Part shown: piece by piece, positions 8,362 to 18,194 of the stretch
Numbering within the stretch: the stretch's first letter is position 1
Layout of the letters: the number at the start of each line of letters is the position of its first letter
Source: an uncultured Acidimicrobiales bacterium
GTDB lineage: Bacteria; Actinomycetota; Acidimicrobiia; Acidimicrobiales; SHLQ01
NCBI GenBank assembly: GCA_937969345.1
Contig: CALBVK010000037.1
Span: forward strand, 1-62,811
DNA: 62,811 nucleotides
Reading direction: 5' to 3'
The notes under the pieces: generated by a model
Databases searched by the model: none
Seen by the model: the letters and a program-made list of their open reading frames with translations, nothing else
What the model was told of the DNA's origin: nothing
Position numbers and translations under genes: made by a program

Positions 8362-9513
8362 ATGAGCCATACACCCCACACCACATCCGAGGCCACGAAC
8401 AGCCCACATCGCGAGACGTTGCGCGTGGTTCACCTAATCAAGGGGCTTGGGCCCGGCGGGGCGGAGCGACTTATCGTCAATCAGCTCGAAACCGCTGATC
8501 CTGACATCGACTACACCGTCCTTCGGCTCGTGGGTCACAAGAACCACCTCGTCGCCGCTGTCGAGGCAGCGGGAGCAACGAGCCATCTAATCGGCGGTGG
8601 CCGGTTTTGGCCGTTTGCGCTTCGCAAGAAACTCACCGCGATCGCTCCAGACGTGATTCACGTCCACTCCCCTGTTCTGGCCATCGCCGCCCGAGCCCTG
8701 GTCACCATGACCGCACTCGACGCGGCCGTCTTGACGACAGAACACAACCGCTGGCCACGACACCATTGGCTTACCCGCTTCGGCAATCGGCTTACCGCAG
8801 CCCGCGATACCGCACGGATCGCCGTGTCCGAGGACGTCCGCCAATCGATGAGCGCATCGCTGCACTCCACCACCGACGTTCTCGATCATGGCGTTCCGCT
8901 CGCTCCGCTGATCGGGCTCCGCACGAAACGACCCGAGATGCGCGCCCGGCTCCTTGGAGATTCGGCGGATTCGTCGATCATCATCGGCATCGTCGCAAAC
9001 TTTCGCCCGGAAAAGGCCTACGACGTATTTCTCGACGCGGCGGACCAGCTCAACGAGCGGCGCTCCGACGTCCGGTTCTTCGTCGTTGGCCAAGGTCCCG
9101 GCGAAGCGGCGTTCCGTAACGCCGTCCGCGAACGCGGACTCGAGTCTGTTGTCGAGGTGCTCGGTTATCGTGACGACGCGACCGAGGTGATGAGTGCGTT
9201 CGATATTTTTACGCTCACCTCACGCCACGAAGGCAAGCCGGTTTCGCTCATGGAAGCATTCGCCCTCGGAATTCCTGTGGTGGCGACCCGAGCAGGTGGC
9301 ATACCCGAAGCGGTTCTCGACGGGACGAACGGCATTCTCGTCGACATCGATGACGCTCCCGCCGTCAGTAGAGCGTGGGAACAACTCGCCGCAGATACCG
9401 AACTTCGATCGCAAATGGGTCAGGCAGCTGCGGTCGCAGCCGCCGGCTTCGATGCCTCGGTCGCAACCAAGTCGATCGAAGCGGTGTACCGCTCTATCGC
9501 CGGACGCGGTTGA
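8362..9513 (+). CDS. glycosyltransferase, GT-B fold (GT4-like)
   Basis: N-terminus VVHLIKGLGPGGAERL. C-terminus TSRHEGKPVSLMEAFALGIPVVATRAGGIPEAV (the EX7E region). Confidence 0.85.
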   Translation: MSHTPHTTSEATNSPHRETLRVVHLIKGLGPGGAERLIVNQLETADPDIDYTVLRLVGHKNHLVAAVEAAGATSHLIGGGRFWPFALRKKLTAIAPDVIHVHSPVLAIAARALVTMTALDAAVLTTEHNRWPRHHWLTRFGNRLTAARDTARIAVSEDVRQSMSASLHSTTDVLDHGVPLAPLIGLRTKRPEMRARLLGDSADSSIIIGIVANFRPEKAYDVFLDAADQLNERRSDVRFFVVGQGPGEAAFRNAVRERGLESVVEVLGYRDDATEVMSAFDIFTLTSRHEGKPVSLMEAFALGIPVVATRAGGIPEAVLDGTNGILVDIDDAPAVSRAWEQLAADTELRSQMGQAAAVAAAGFDASVATKSIEAVYRSIAGRG

Positions 9514-10685
9514 GCAATACCTGCATCGTCGAGCAAAGAACGGTACAGGCCCAAGGTTCGGGCAATCACGCGCTCTTGATCAAACTCGGCGGCCGCACGT
9601 GCACGAGCAGCCCGACCCATCGAGTTCCGTTTCGCCGGGTCGTCGATCAGCGTTCGGATCGCCGAAGCCAACGCGATGGGAGATCGCGGTTCGACGAGCA
9701 AACCCGTCGTGCCATGATCGACGACTTGACGGCATCCGCGGACGTCGGTCGATACCACCGGCACGCCCATTGCGCTCGCTTCCATAGCTGCGCGTGGAAA
9801 TCCCTCTCGATGTGATGGCAAGACAAAGATGTCGAAGAGCGCGAGCATCACGTCCACGTCGGTTCGTGAGCCGAGGAAATGCACACCTCGCTCAGCCATT
9901 GCATCGATCGTTTCTTGGTCGACGGCACCGGCCTTGCCCGGCTCGGTCGGTCCAACGACGATGATCGCGATATCGAGATCGTCACAAAGCAGCCGCTCGA
10001 CAGCCTCGAAGAACTCTCGATAGCCCTTCTCCCATACCAAACGACCGACCATTCCTACGACGGTCGTGCTCGGAGCGATGCCCAGCTTGCGGCGCCGAGC
10101 TCGAGCCATTCGACTCTTGGACGCCGACGGAGCGAACCGATCGAGGTCAATGCCGTTGCCGAGGAGGTGAACCCGTTCGGCGGGGACACCCAACGAGCGC
10201 AGAAGCTCCACGTCTTCGACGTTCTGGACCAGTTCGCCTTGGCTGCATGCCGCCGCAAGTCGTTCGGCACCGTACACAACAGCGCGTTTGGCAACAGGAT
10301 CGGTCGGCTGAGCGAACAGGCCGTGCACCGTGTTCACCACGATCGGCACCTGGCACCGTCGCGCGAGCATTCGGCCGAGCACTCCGGGCTTGGGGTTGTG
10401 GGTGTGCACGATGTCGGGTCGTACCTTCTCGAACACCGCTCGCAGTTCGGACCATGCGTGCCGATCCGAGCGAAGGTCCATCGAACGCGACAGCGATGGG
10501 ATGGCGATGTGGCGATGTCCACGTTCGAGAATTGCGTCGACGTGGGGTCCAGGAGCAGACACCGTGGTGAGCGCATAACCCGCCGCGGCGAAGGCATCGA
10601 GTTGTGGGCCGAGCAGCCAGTCGAGGCTGATCGCCGTGGTCGTGAGGTGAAGCAGCCGTGGCGGCCGGTACGACAGGTCGGTCAC
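9420..10685 (-). CDS. glycosyltransferase, GT-B fold (GT4-like)
   Basis: PSHREGFPRAAMEASAMGVPVVSTDVRGCRQVV. The GTG start forms a GTGA overlap with the upstream deacetylase stop. About 35 aa of non-conserved C-terminal tail overlaps the convergent gene. Confidence 0.85.
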   Translation of the reverse strand: MTDLSYRPPRLLHLTTTAISLDWLLGPQLDAFAAAGYALTTVSAPGPHVDAILERGHRHIAIPSLSRSMDLRSDRHAWSELRAVFEKVRPDIVHTHNPKPGVLGRMLARRCQVPIVVNTVHGLFAQPTDPVAKRAVVYGAERLAAACSQGELVQNVEDVELLRSLGVPAERVHLLGNGIDLDRFAPSASKSRMARARRRKLGIAPSTTVVGMVGRLVWEKGYREFFEAVERLLCDDLDIAIIVVGPTEPGKAGAVDQETIDAMAERGVHFLGSRTDVDVMLALFDIFVLPSHREGFPRAAMEASAMGVPVVSTDVRGCRQVVDHGTTGLLVEPRSPIALASAIRTLIDDPAKRNSMGRAARARAAAEFDQERVIARTLGLYRSLLDDAGIAQPRPAIERYTASIDLVATEASKPAAATAAA

Positions 10686-11521
10686 GATGCTTTACCTCGA
10701 TATCGGGCGACGTTAATCACCCGTCGAATGTCATCCTCGGTTCGCATACCGCCGTTCACCTTCCGACTAAAGCCCTCCCAGCCGTCAGCGTTCTGGATGG
10801 GCGAGCGATACAACCGAAACAGGTCGGTTGCCCCGGGAACATTGGATCGAGTTCCCGCGACCGCTGCACTGCGGTAGCGCGCACGCACGAGCGCTTCGAT
10901 ATCGACCCGAGCCGGGACGGCTTTCGGATATGCGAAGTGCCGCGGCGTCATGCCGAGCTCGTCCTCGATTCGCTCATTGCAGCGGTCGAGCTCTTCGGTG
11001 GCAACAGCGACCGAACAGCGATCGAGCAAGACGTGGTTGTGCGTATGGGCACCGATCGTCACCAGACCGGTCGACAATGCATCGCGCAAACCAGCCCAGG
11101 AAACCGGACGCCCGTTGGCCGGGTAGCTCTTTCGGGAATCGACGAATCCAGTCGACAGGTAAAGCGTCGCTGGAAGCTGAAACTCGAGCAGGATGGGCAG
11201 CGCGACGTCGACGAAGTCTGCCGTGCCGTCATCAACGGTCAGTGCCACCGAGTTCGTTGTGGTCATACCCGACTCAAGATTGTCGACGACCGTATCGAGC
11301 GCTTCGACACACATCGCAGCGCGCAGGTGAGCCATTTGTCGGCGAAACAGCTCCGTTGGCAGATCCACTGGGCTTACGGTGCGAGCTCCAACTCGGTGAT
11401 ACGCCAGAACAACAGCCCCGTTGGGCGATGGACGGACACTGTCAACAACCAATGCGAGACGCTTTGCAGCGCGACGCCCGGTCGAGATCGACGAGGTCGT
11501 TGTTGTGGCGGTGGTCCCCAT
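10682..11521 (-). CDS. polysaccharide deacetylase (NodB homology domain)
   Basis: LTVDDGTADFVDVALPILLEFQLPATLYLSTGFV and GAHTHNHVLLD are NodB-type motifs. Confidence 0.8.
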   Translation of the reverse strand: MGTTATTTTSSISTGRRAAKRLALVVDSVRPSPNGAVVLAYHRVGARTVSPVDLPTELFRRQMAHLRAAMCVEALDTVVDNLESGMTTTNSVALTVDDGTADFVDVALPILLEFQLPATLYLSTGFVDSRKSYPANGRPVSWAGLRDALSTGLVTIGAHTHNHVLLDRCSVAVATEELDRCNERIEDELGMTPRHFAYPKAVPARVDIEALVRARYRSAAVAGTRSNVPGATDLFRLYRSPIQNADGWEGFSRKVNGGMRTEDDIRRVINVARYRGKAS

Positions 11522-12527
11522 GAAAGAGCTAGTCGGCGACCGGTTCCCAAAGCTGAGCCATATGACTCACTACGATCTCGCCATGACCTTGGACAACGTC
11601 GACATACGCGCCGCCACGGGCGCTGACATCGAGGAGATCATCAACGTGTGCAGCTCGGCGCTTGGTTGGGCCGATCCCGAATTCGATGAAGCATTGTTTC
11701 GATGGAAACACCTCGACAATGCATTTGGGCATTCGGCACTTCTCGTCGCTGTCGAAGCTGGCGAGATCTTGGCTGTTCGTCCGTTTATGCGTTGGCGCTT
11801 CGCCAGTGAAACCGAAACGCTCTCCGCAGCCCGAGCTGTCGATACCGCGACCCGGCCCGACGCACAGGGGCGCGGGCTCTTCCGAGCGCTCACTGAAGCC
11901 GGAGTTTCCCAACTCCGCTCCGAGGACGTCGGCTTCATCTTCAATACACCCAACGCCAAAAGCCTCCCCGGGTATCTGAAGATGGGTTGGGAGCAGGCCG
12001 GCTCGGTTCCGCTCGGCTACAAAATGCGTTCCCCGCAAGCCGCAGGCCGAATGCTCAAGAGCAGGACAGCGGCCAACAAACCCTCCATCCCCACGCCCAA
12101 GCTTGGGCAATCGGTCGCCGAGGGCATCGCCGGCCTCGAACCTGGGCTGCTCGTCTCACGCGATGAGTTCCTCCGCACCGACCACACGTTCGAGACGCTG
12201 CTGTGGCGATACAGCTCAGGCCCAATCGAGTACCGCTTTGTACCAGGCCCGCATACGACCGGAGCAGTGGTGCGCCTTCGCCAACGCGGCCCAAGCCGAG
12301 AGCTGGTCGTAGCTGAGTTGCTGGGCACCCCGAGTATCGACGATGCCCGCACCATTGTTCGCGACACGCTGGCCGAGACCGACGCCGACTACTGCATTTG
12401 TACAGCGGGAGTTCGCCGCACCATCAGCATTGAACGACTTGGCCCCAAACTGGCCATTCGTGAGATAACACGCGCGCCGAAGCCCGACTCGCTGCACTGG
12501 CAACCTGGCGATATCGAACTCTTCTAG
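11520..12527 (+). CDS. GNAT-family acetyltransferase
   Basis: IRAATGADIEEIINV ... LLVAVEAGEILAVRPFMRW ... TRPDAQGRGLFRALTEAG (acetyl-CoA binding Q/RxxGxG/A). The start is uncertain. ATG 11520 would overlap the divergent gene's ATG head-to-head; alternatives are ATG 11562 and 11583. Confidence 0.6.
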   Translation: MKELVGDRFPKLSHMTHYDLAMTLDNVDIRAATGADIEEIINVCSSALGWADPEFDEALFRWKHLDNAFGHSALLVAVEAGEILAVRPFMRWRFASETETLSAARAVDTATRPDAQGRGLFRALTEAGVSQLRSEDVGFIFNTPNAKSLPGYLKMGWEQAGSVPLGYKMRSPQAAGRMLKSRTAANKPSIPTPKLGQSVAEGIAGLEPGLLVSRDEFLRTDHTFETLLWRYSSGPIEYRFVPGPHTTGAVVRLRQRGPSRELVVAELLGTPSIDDARTIVRDTLAETDADYCICTAGVRRTISIERLGPKLAIREITRAPKPDSLHWQPGDIELF

Positions 12528-12571
12528 GCCAGGATCGCGCTCGCGGCTCAATAGTTCGTTCGACCCACCGA

Positions 12572-13738
12572 TTGGAGCAGGTGACCCCAGAGCGCCCCTC
12601 ACCTCCATCTCCAACGGACCCTCAACCTCTGCGGGTGTTGTTCGTTTCATCGACCACTGGAGGCGGATCGGGCCGCAGCCAGCGCTCGCTCAACACTGCC
12701 CTACGACGACGTGGCGTGCAGACGATGATGCTCGTCGACAACGCAACGGGAGCGACCGTCACTCGGTTCCTGCACGAACAACTGTGGGACGCCTCGGTCC
12801 GTTTCAAGAACCGTCGGGTACTCGGCGACTCAGCATCCTGGCTCCGATCCTTCCCCGGCCGCACTGCCCATCGAATTCCCGGTGATGTGCTCGTGACCCC
12901 GGCCCCGGAGAACGCGTTCCCGGACATCGCCGTTTCGTTTAAGCCCGACATCGTCATTGGCTCGAGTATCGCCCGACCGACGTGGCGACAAATTCGCAAG
13001 ACGTGCGAAGAACTCGAATTGCCCGCCGTCCTATACCTCCGAGAGGAAACCGCGCTGACGCACCTGGACTCGGGGCATCATGCTGGCGTGATTGCGAACA
13101 GTAAGACGCTGGCCGCAGGAGCAGGAAACTATGGCGTCGATGCGGCGTTCGTTCCCTCGATCGTGGAACTCGCTGACGCTCGCGTGAACTCGACGCGAGA
13201 ACGCATCGTTCTCGTAAACCCGAGGCGAGAACACGGCGTCGATGTCGTCGAGGACCTCGCCAAAAACTTCCGCACTATCGAGTTCGTCCTACAGGAATCG
13301 TGGAAGCTCACCACCACCGAACGTGCACACGTGGACGGCATCTTGAGTCGCCACCCAAACGTGTGTTTCCGGCAACGGGTCGACTCTCCAGCCGAGGTCT
13401 TTCGCGACGCAGCGATCGTGCTCGCCCCACACCGCATCGATAACCGCCCGCGGACGATTCTCGAGGCCTTGAGCAACGGAATTCCGGTAATTGCCAGCAA
13501 CCTTCCCGGGTTGGTTGAATCGGTAGGCCCCGGCGGGATCATCGTCGATCACGAGAACGGCTGGACCGACGCCATCAGCACCCTCTGGCAAGACCCGGTC
13601 GCCTATCGCCGGTACGAACAGCAGGCATTCCAATTCGCCGAGCGAAAAGAAGTACAGACCGACCACATCGTTGGTGAGTTCCTCGACGCCGTCGGCAGGA
13701 CCATTCGCTCCCAGAACGCAAGAAGCGGGGTTCTATGA
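12572..13738 (+). CDS. glycosyltransferase, GT-B fold (GT4-like)
   Basis: RVLFVSSTTGGGSGRS at the N-terminus and PRTILEALSNGIPVIASNLPGLVESV near the C-terminus. TTG start (alternative GTG 12581). Confidence 0.7.
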   Translation: MEQVTPERPSPPSPTDPQPLRVLFVSSTTGGGSGRSQRSLNTALRRRGVQTMMLVDNATGATVTRFLHEQLWDASVRFKNRRVLGDSASWLRSFPGRTAHRIPGDVLVTPAPENAFPDIAVSFKPDIVIGSSIARPTWRQIRKTCEELELPAVLYLREETALTHLDSGHHAGVIANSKTLAAGAGNYGVDAAFVPSIVELADARVNSTRERIVLVNPRREHGVDVVEDLAKNFRTIEFVLQESWKLTTTERAHVDGILSRHPNVCFRQRVDSPAEVFRDAAIVLAPHRIDNRPRTILEALSNGIPVIASNLPGLVESVGPGGIIVDHENGWTDAISTLWQDPVAYRRYEQQAFQFAERKEVQTDHIVGEFLDAVGRTIRSQNARSGVL

Positions 13739-14592
13739 GCAGCCCGCTTTCGGTAGTCATCGCAGCCAAGGATGCCGAGGAAACCCTCGCCGATCAGCTC
13801 GACGCGCTCGTATCGCAGCCATGGCCAGACGGCGGAGAGATCATCGTTGCGGACAACGGATCCAGCGACCGCACCGTGGCCGAAGCCAACCGGTTCGATC
13901 ACTCAGACATCGATGTCCGCGTCGTCGACGCCAGCTCGGTTTCGGGGGCCGGACACGCACGAAATCGTGGCGTCGACGTAAGCACCTATGACTACGTTGC
14001 GTTCTGTGATGCCGACGATGTCGTGCACGAATCCTGGGTACGTTCGGTCAGCGCCGCCCTCGACCACACCCCGGCGGTGGGTGGCAAGCTCGAGTTCGAC
14101 AAGCTCAATCCCGATTGGGTCGTTGGCTCCCGCGGCCAGCTCCACGCGGTGAACGACCTTCCACGCTTCGATGGCCTCTTCCCTGTTCTCAGTTCGTGCA
14201 ACTTAGGAATTCGGCGAGCGGTCTTTGACGAGTTGGGCGGGTTCGATGAGACCTATCTGCGCGGCCAAGACGCCGAACTCTCGATGCGCCTGCATCACGC
14301 CGGCATCTCGATGGGCTTTGCCGAAAATGCAATCGTGCACTACCGCATGCGTTCGGGCCTCCGTTCCATATACCGCCAAGCCGCCGGCTGGGGTGAAGTG
14401 CAGCATCGTCTTCGCCGCGCGCTACCGGACACACCGCCCACCGACCACAAGCGAATTTTGCGATCGTGGGCATGGCTCGGCACCCACCCACACTTGCTCG
14501 CAACCCAAGCGGGCCGAGCCCGGCTTGCCTACGTTGCGGGCATACGAGTGGGCGTCGCTCGCGCACAACTTCAGCAGTACAGGCAACGATGA
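13735..14592 (+). CDS. glycosyltransferase family 2
   Basis: LSVVIAAKDAEETLADQLDALVSQ ... IIVADNGSSDRT ... FCDADD (DxD). ATGA overlap with the previous gene. Confidence 0.85.
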   Translation: MSSPLSVVIAAKDAEETLADQLDALVSQPWPDGGEIIVADNGSSDRTVAEANRFDHSDIDVRVVDASSVSGAGHARNRGVDVSTYDYVAFCDADDVVHESWVRSVSAALDHTPAVGGKLEFDKLNPDWVVGSRGQLHAVNDLPRFDGLFPVLSSCNLGIRRAVFDELGGFDETYLRGQDAELSMRLHHAGISMGFAENAIVHYRMRSGLRSIYRQAAGWGEVQHRLRRALPDTPPTDHKRILRSWAWLGTHPHLLATQAGRARLAYVAGIRVGVARAQLQQYRQR

Positions 14593-15461
14593 CGATGGAC
14601 CCCACCGTCGGGCCGACCGCCTCGATCGTGATGCCGTGCTACAACGTCGGCGACACGTTGAACGATCAATTGGAACGGCTCCTCCCCCAGATCGATCTGA
14701 CCGGAGCCGAACTCGTACTCATCGACAACAACTCGACCGATGACACGCCAGAGTTACTCGAGGCCGTAAAACATCGCAGCAACGTCACCGTCGGCAGCGC
14801 TACGAGAGCCCAGGGTGCGGCGTATGCCCGAAACCATGGAGTTGCTCTGGCACGCTCCGACAAACTTCTCTTCTGCGACGCGGACGACCTCGTGAGCCCA
14901 CAGTGGGTCGAGACCATGTCGAATGCGCTCGCCAGCAGCCCCGTGGTCACGGGCATGCTCGACGTCACCGAGCTCAATACCGACGTTCAGCAAGCCGGAC
15001 GTGGAACCGGAAACGGTCCCGCCAGCTTTTATGGTCTCTTTCCAATCGCACATGCCGGGAACATGGGCGTCACGCGTAGCGCCTGGAATGCGATTGGCCC
15101 ATTGGACGAGACGCTCACGACCGGTGAGGACATGGAGTGGTCGCTGCGAGCAAAAACGAGCGGACACAACATTGTTCGCGCCGATGATGGAGTTGTGCAC
15201 TACCGCTACCGCCAAACCGCCAAAGCCCTGTGGCGACAGGGGTTTCTGTACGGCCAGTTCCGACCCGAAATTGCGCGCCGAGTCAACGAGTCCCTCGGCG
15301 AACGGGTACCCCGCATCGCTGGAGCACGATCGTGGGCGTGGCTCGCGCTCAATAGTCCACGAGCGATACGGCGCGAACTTCGTCCACAGCTCGCCTGGGT
15401 CGCTGGGAATCGACTCGGACACATCGTTGGCAGCATCCGAGCCAGATTCATGGTGCTCTGA
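14589..15461 (+). CDS. glycosyltransferase family 2
   Basis: The internal ATG 14589 (MTMDPTVGPTASIVMPCYNVGDTL) forms an ATGA overlap with the upstream stop. LIDNNSTDDT and FCDADD motifs. The track extension 14466-14588 overlaps the previous gene. Confidence 0.85.
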   Translation: MTMDPTVGPTASIVMPCYNVGDTLNDQLERLLPQIDLTGAELVLIDNNSTDDTPELLEAVKHRSNVTVGSATRAQGAAYARNHGVALARSDKLLFCDADDLVSPQWVETMSNALASSPVVTGMLDVTELNTDVQQAGRGTGNGPASFYGLFPIAHAGNMGVTRSAWNAIGPLDETLTTGEDMEWSLRAKTSGHNIVRADDGVVHYRYRQTAKALWRQGFLYGQFRPEIARRVNESLGERVPRIAGARSWAWLALNSPRAIRRELRPQLAWVAGNRLGHIVGSIRARFMVL

Positions 15462-16381
15462 TGGCAGACCTCTACGGAGCGCTATGCACCTATCGACGAT
15501 CGAGCGACCTCGTCGAAATGCTCAACCGTCTCGATAGCCAGACCCGCCCACTCGACCATCTCGTCGTCGTCGACAACGACGCCGACGATCACGTCATCGA
15601 CCTGGTGACCAAGCACCCAATCTCCAATCGCGTCACCGTTGAAATACTCGGCGCCCCCGACAACCCGGGACCTGCCGGAGCGTTCGCGCTCGCCCAGCAA
15701 CGTCTTGTGGGAGTGGCCCAGCCGGACGATCTATTCATCACATTCGATGACGACGACCCGCCGGCTACAGACACATTGCTCGAAGACCTCAGCGCCTTCG
15801 CCGAGGTCGAGCTCGCCGATGAAACCGTAGCTGGCGTTGGCCTACGTGGTGGGGTGCTCAACGAGAGAACGGGCATGATCTCGCCGCGCCCGCAGCACCC
15901 GGAACTCGCACACGGCCCAGACAGCGAAGAGGCCGATCATCTCCACGGAGGCTGGTTTCCCTGCTACCGATTCGGAGCCCTTCGCGAGGTATCGGGATTT
16001 GATGAAGGCCTCTTCTGGGGATTCGAGGAGCTCGATGTTGGCCGACGACTGAGGGCCCACGGGTATTCGCTGCGGGTCGCCTCCGCCCTTTACCGATCCG
16101 TCGCTCCTGTGCGGGAGCCAACGGGTTGGTTCACGCCACTGGCCGAACCATCATGGCGGCACTTCTATCGACACCGAAATCTGATCAGAATTCTCCGGCG
16201 CGACCGCGCCTGGGCGGGACTGTCGCTCACCATTGGTCTGCGCCTGGTGCTCAAACCCCTGGTCCAGGTCCGGCGCTCGCCGACTCTTGCCTTTTGGCAT
16301 CTGCGAACCAACCTCGACGCGGTTCGCGACGGCTTCCGTCGCTGCCCAGACCCCAAACACCGACGCCACCTTCCCTCGTAG
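15461..16381 (+). CDS. glycosyltransferase family 2-like (rhamnosyl/galactofuranosyl-transferase type)
   Basis: LCTYRRSSDLVEMLNRLDSQTRPLDHLVVVDNDADD and FDDDD motifs. TGATG overlap with the previous gene. Confidence 0.75.
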   Translation: MADLYGALCTYRRSSDLVEMLNRLDSQTRPLDHLVVVDNDADDHVIDLVTKHPISNRVTVEILGAPDNPGPAGAFALAQQRLVGVAQPDDLFITFDDDDPPATDTLLEDLSAFAEVELADETVAGVGLRGGVLNERTGMISPRPQHPELAHGPDSEEADHLHGGWFPCYRFGALREVSGFDEGLFWGFEELDVGRRLRAHGYSLRVASALYRSVAPVREPTGWFTPLAEPSWRHFYRHRNLIRILRRDRAWAGLSLTIGLRLVLKPLVQVRRSPTLAFWHLRTNLDAVRDGFRRCPDPKHRRHLPS

Positions 16382-16437
16382 CCTCGAGGGCTCGACTCAT
16401 TTCCTACCTCCCTATCTCGATCGAAAGCCTGAACTCA

Positions 16438-16451
16438 TAGGTCTTTTGGCC
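16438..16451 (+). promoter_or_regulatory. recurrent upstream motif TAGGTCTTTTGGCC (site 1 of 6)
   Basis: Lies 69 nt upstream of ATG 16507. See the finding on the shared motif. Confidence 0.3.
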
Positions 16452-16506
16452 GATAGGCCATAGCGCCCAATCCGCACAGGGCCATGACGTAGGAGAGCGA
16501 GAACCA

Positions 16507-17487
16507 ATGCGAGTTTTGATCACTGGAGGCGCCGGATTTATTGGCGCCAACCTCACGCGAGAGCTCCTCTCGAACGGCCACGACGTCTCCATCGTCGACG
16601 ACCTCTCAACCGGTCGGCTGTCCAATCTCGAAGGGCAAGATGTCGAGTTTCGTCGCGGCAGCATCCTCGACATCGACTTGCTGACAGCACTCGCCTTCGA
16701 CAGCGATGCAATCGTGCACCTCGCAGCACGTTCGTCGGTGCCTCGGTCGCTGGACGCTCCGATCGCCAGCCATCAGGCAAATGCCTCAGGCACGCTCAAC
16801 GTTCTCGAAGCGTCGAGAGCCGCTGGAGGTCGCCATGTGGTTATGGCGTCGTCCTCGTCGGTGTATGGGGCTAACCCTGAGCTACCAAAGCGAGAGAGCG
16901 CGGCTACGCGTCCAATGAGCCCGTACGCTGCGTCCAAGCTCGCTGCCGAGGCGTACGCCCTCGCCTATCGATCCTCGTTCAACATCCCGACGCTCGCCTT
17001 CCGTTTCTTCAATGTGTTCGGCCCTCTCCAACCTGCGGGCCACGCGTACGCAGCCGTTATCCCCGCGTTCGTCGACGCCGCTTTGCGCGGCGCCACGATC
17101 ACCGTGCACGGCGATGGAACCCAGTCCCGAGACTTCACCCACGTGTCGACCGTGTGCAACACCATTCGACAGGCGCTCGAAAACGAGGTCTCGTCGGCGG
17201 ACCCGGTCAACCTTGCCTTCGGCTCACGCATCACGCTCAACGAAGTCCTGGCGCTCATCGCCGAACAGGTCGATCAGCCTCTGGTCGTCCAGAACGTCGC
17301 CAATCGTGTCGGTGACGTGCCGCACTCCCAGGCTGATTGTTCATTGTTGCGATCGCTCATCGCCGACATTGAGCCGAAGGAGTTCACGGCCGGACTCACC
17401 GAGACCATCGATTGGATGCGCACCGTCGTTGGCCAACCAGACCTCGACCTGTCGACCACCTCCGAATCGTCGACCTCGCTCTCGTGA
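16507..17487 (+). CDS. NAD-dependent nucleotide-sugar epimerase (UDP-hexose 4-epimerase family)
   Basis: MRVLITGGAGFIGANL Rossmann motif and the SPYAASKLAAE (YxxxK) catalytic motif. Confidence 0.85.
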   Translation: MRVLITGGAGFIGANLTRELLSNGHDVSIVDDLSTGRLSNLEGQDVEFRRGSILDIDLLTALAFDSDAIVHLAARSSVPRSLDAPIASHQANASGTLNVLEASRAAGGRHVVMASSSSVYGANPELPKRESAATRPMSPYAASKLAAEAYALAYRSSFNIPTLAFRFFNVFGPLQPAGHAYAAVIPAFVDAALRGATITVHGDGTQSRDFTHVSTVCNTIRQALENEVSSADPVNLAFGSRITLNEVLALIAEQVDQPLVVQNVANRVGDVPHSQADCSLLRSLIADIEPKEFTAGLTETIDWMRTVVGQPDLDLSTTSESSTSLS

Positions 17488-18194
17488 GTACCGTGCGCAC
17501 CACACGATTGCTTCGCTGCATGGATCTAGCCCTGATCGCGGTGGCGGCGCCCCTGTGGATACCAGCGTTTGTGCTCATTGCGTTGGCCGTACTCCTTACG
17601 TCGGGATTTCCGATCCTGTTTTGTCAAGAGCGAGTGGGGCGAGACGGTCGCAGTTTTTCGATGCGCAAGTTTCGATCGATGCGCAACGGCAACAACCCAC
17701 TGATCCCCGACCCAAACCGGATCACCCGCATCGGTGCGGTACTACGCAGAACGTCGCTCGACGAGCTGCCACAGCTCCTCAATGTGTTGGACGGATCAAT
17801 GAGTCTCGTCGGCCCGCGCCCAATGCTTCCCTCACAGCTCTCAGCGCTGTCGCCGGCACAGCTCGATCGACACCTCGTCCGCCCCGGTCTCACCGGACTC
17901 GCACAGGTCAATGGACGAAACGCCCTCACGTGGGACGAACGTTTCGTGTTCGACGTCGAATGGGCAACCAAACCGTCGCTTCGTCGCTATGTCGACATTC
18001 TTGGTCGAACGGCATCGACCGTGATCGCCGGCGACGGCGTGGACGGCCATGCAATCAATGACCGTGTCCTTGTCGAGAGCCAGGCAGCGGTCCTCGACCT
18101 CGACGAGATCTCGTTACGAACGAGCACGTCGACCCAACGGTCCGAGCACATCGACGCAATCGCCCCACTCGCAGAATCGATGGATCTCCTATGA
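17484..18194 (+). CDS. undecaprenyl-phosphate sugar phosphotransferase (small PglC-like bacterial sugar transferase)
   Basis: RKFRSMR ... DPNRITRIGAVLRRTSLDELPQLLNVLDGSMSLVGPRP. I start at GTG 17484 (GTGA overlap with the epimerase stop); the alternative is ATG 17520. Confidence 0.85.
   Translation: MSTVRTTRLLRCMDLALIAVAAPLWIPAFVLIALAVLLTSGFPILFCQERVGRDGRSFSMRKFRSMRNGNNPLIPDPNRITRIGAVLRRTSLDELPQLLNVLDGSMSLVGPRPMLPSQLSALSPAQLDRHLVRPGLTGLAQVNGRNALTWDERFVFDVEWATKPSLRRYVDILGRTASTVIAGDGVDGHAINDRVLVESQAAVLDLDEISLRTSTSTQRSEHIDAIAPLAESMDLL

Noticed and set aside
11519-11522. Head-to-head overlap of the deacetylase ATG (11521-11519) and a possible GNAT ATG (11520-11522).
   Set aside because: It is probably an artefact of start-codon choice. 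The GNAT gene more plausibly starts at 11562 or 11583. I cannot decide between them from sequence alone, so this is noted but not treated as a finding.
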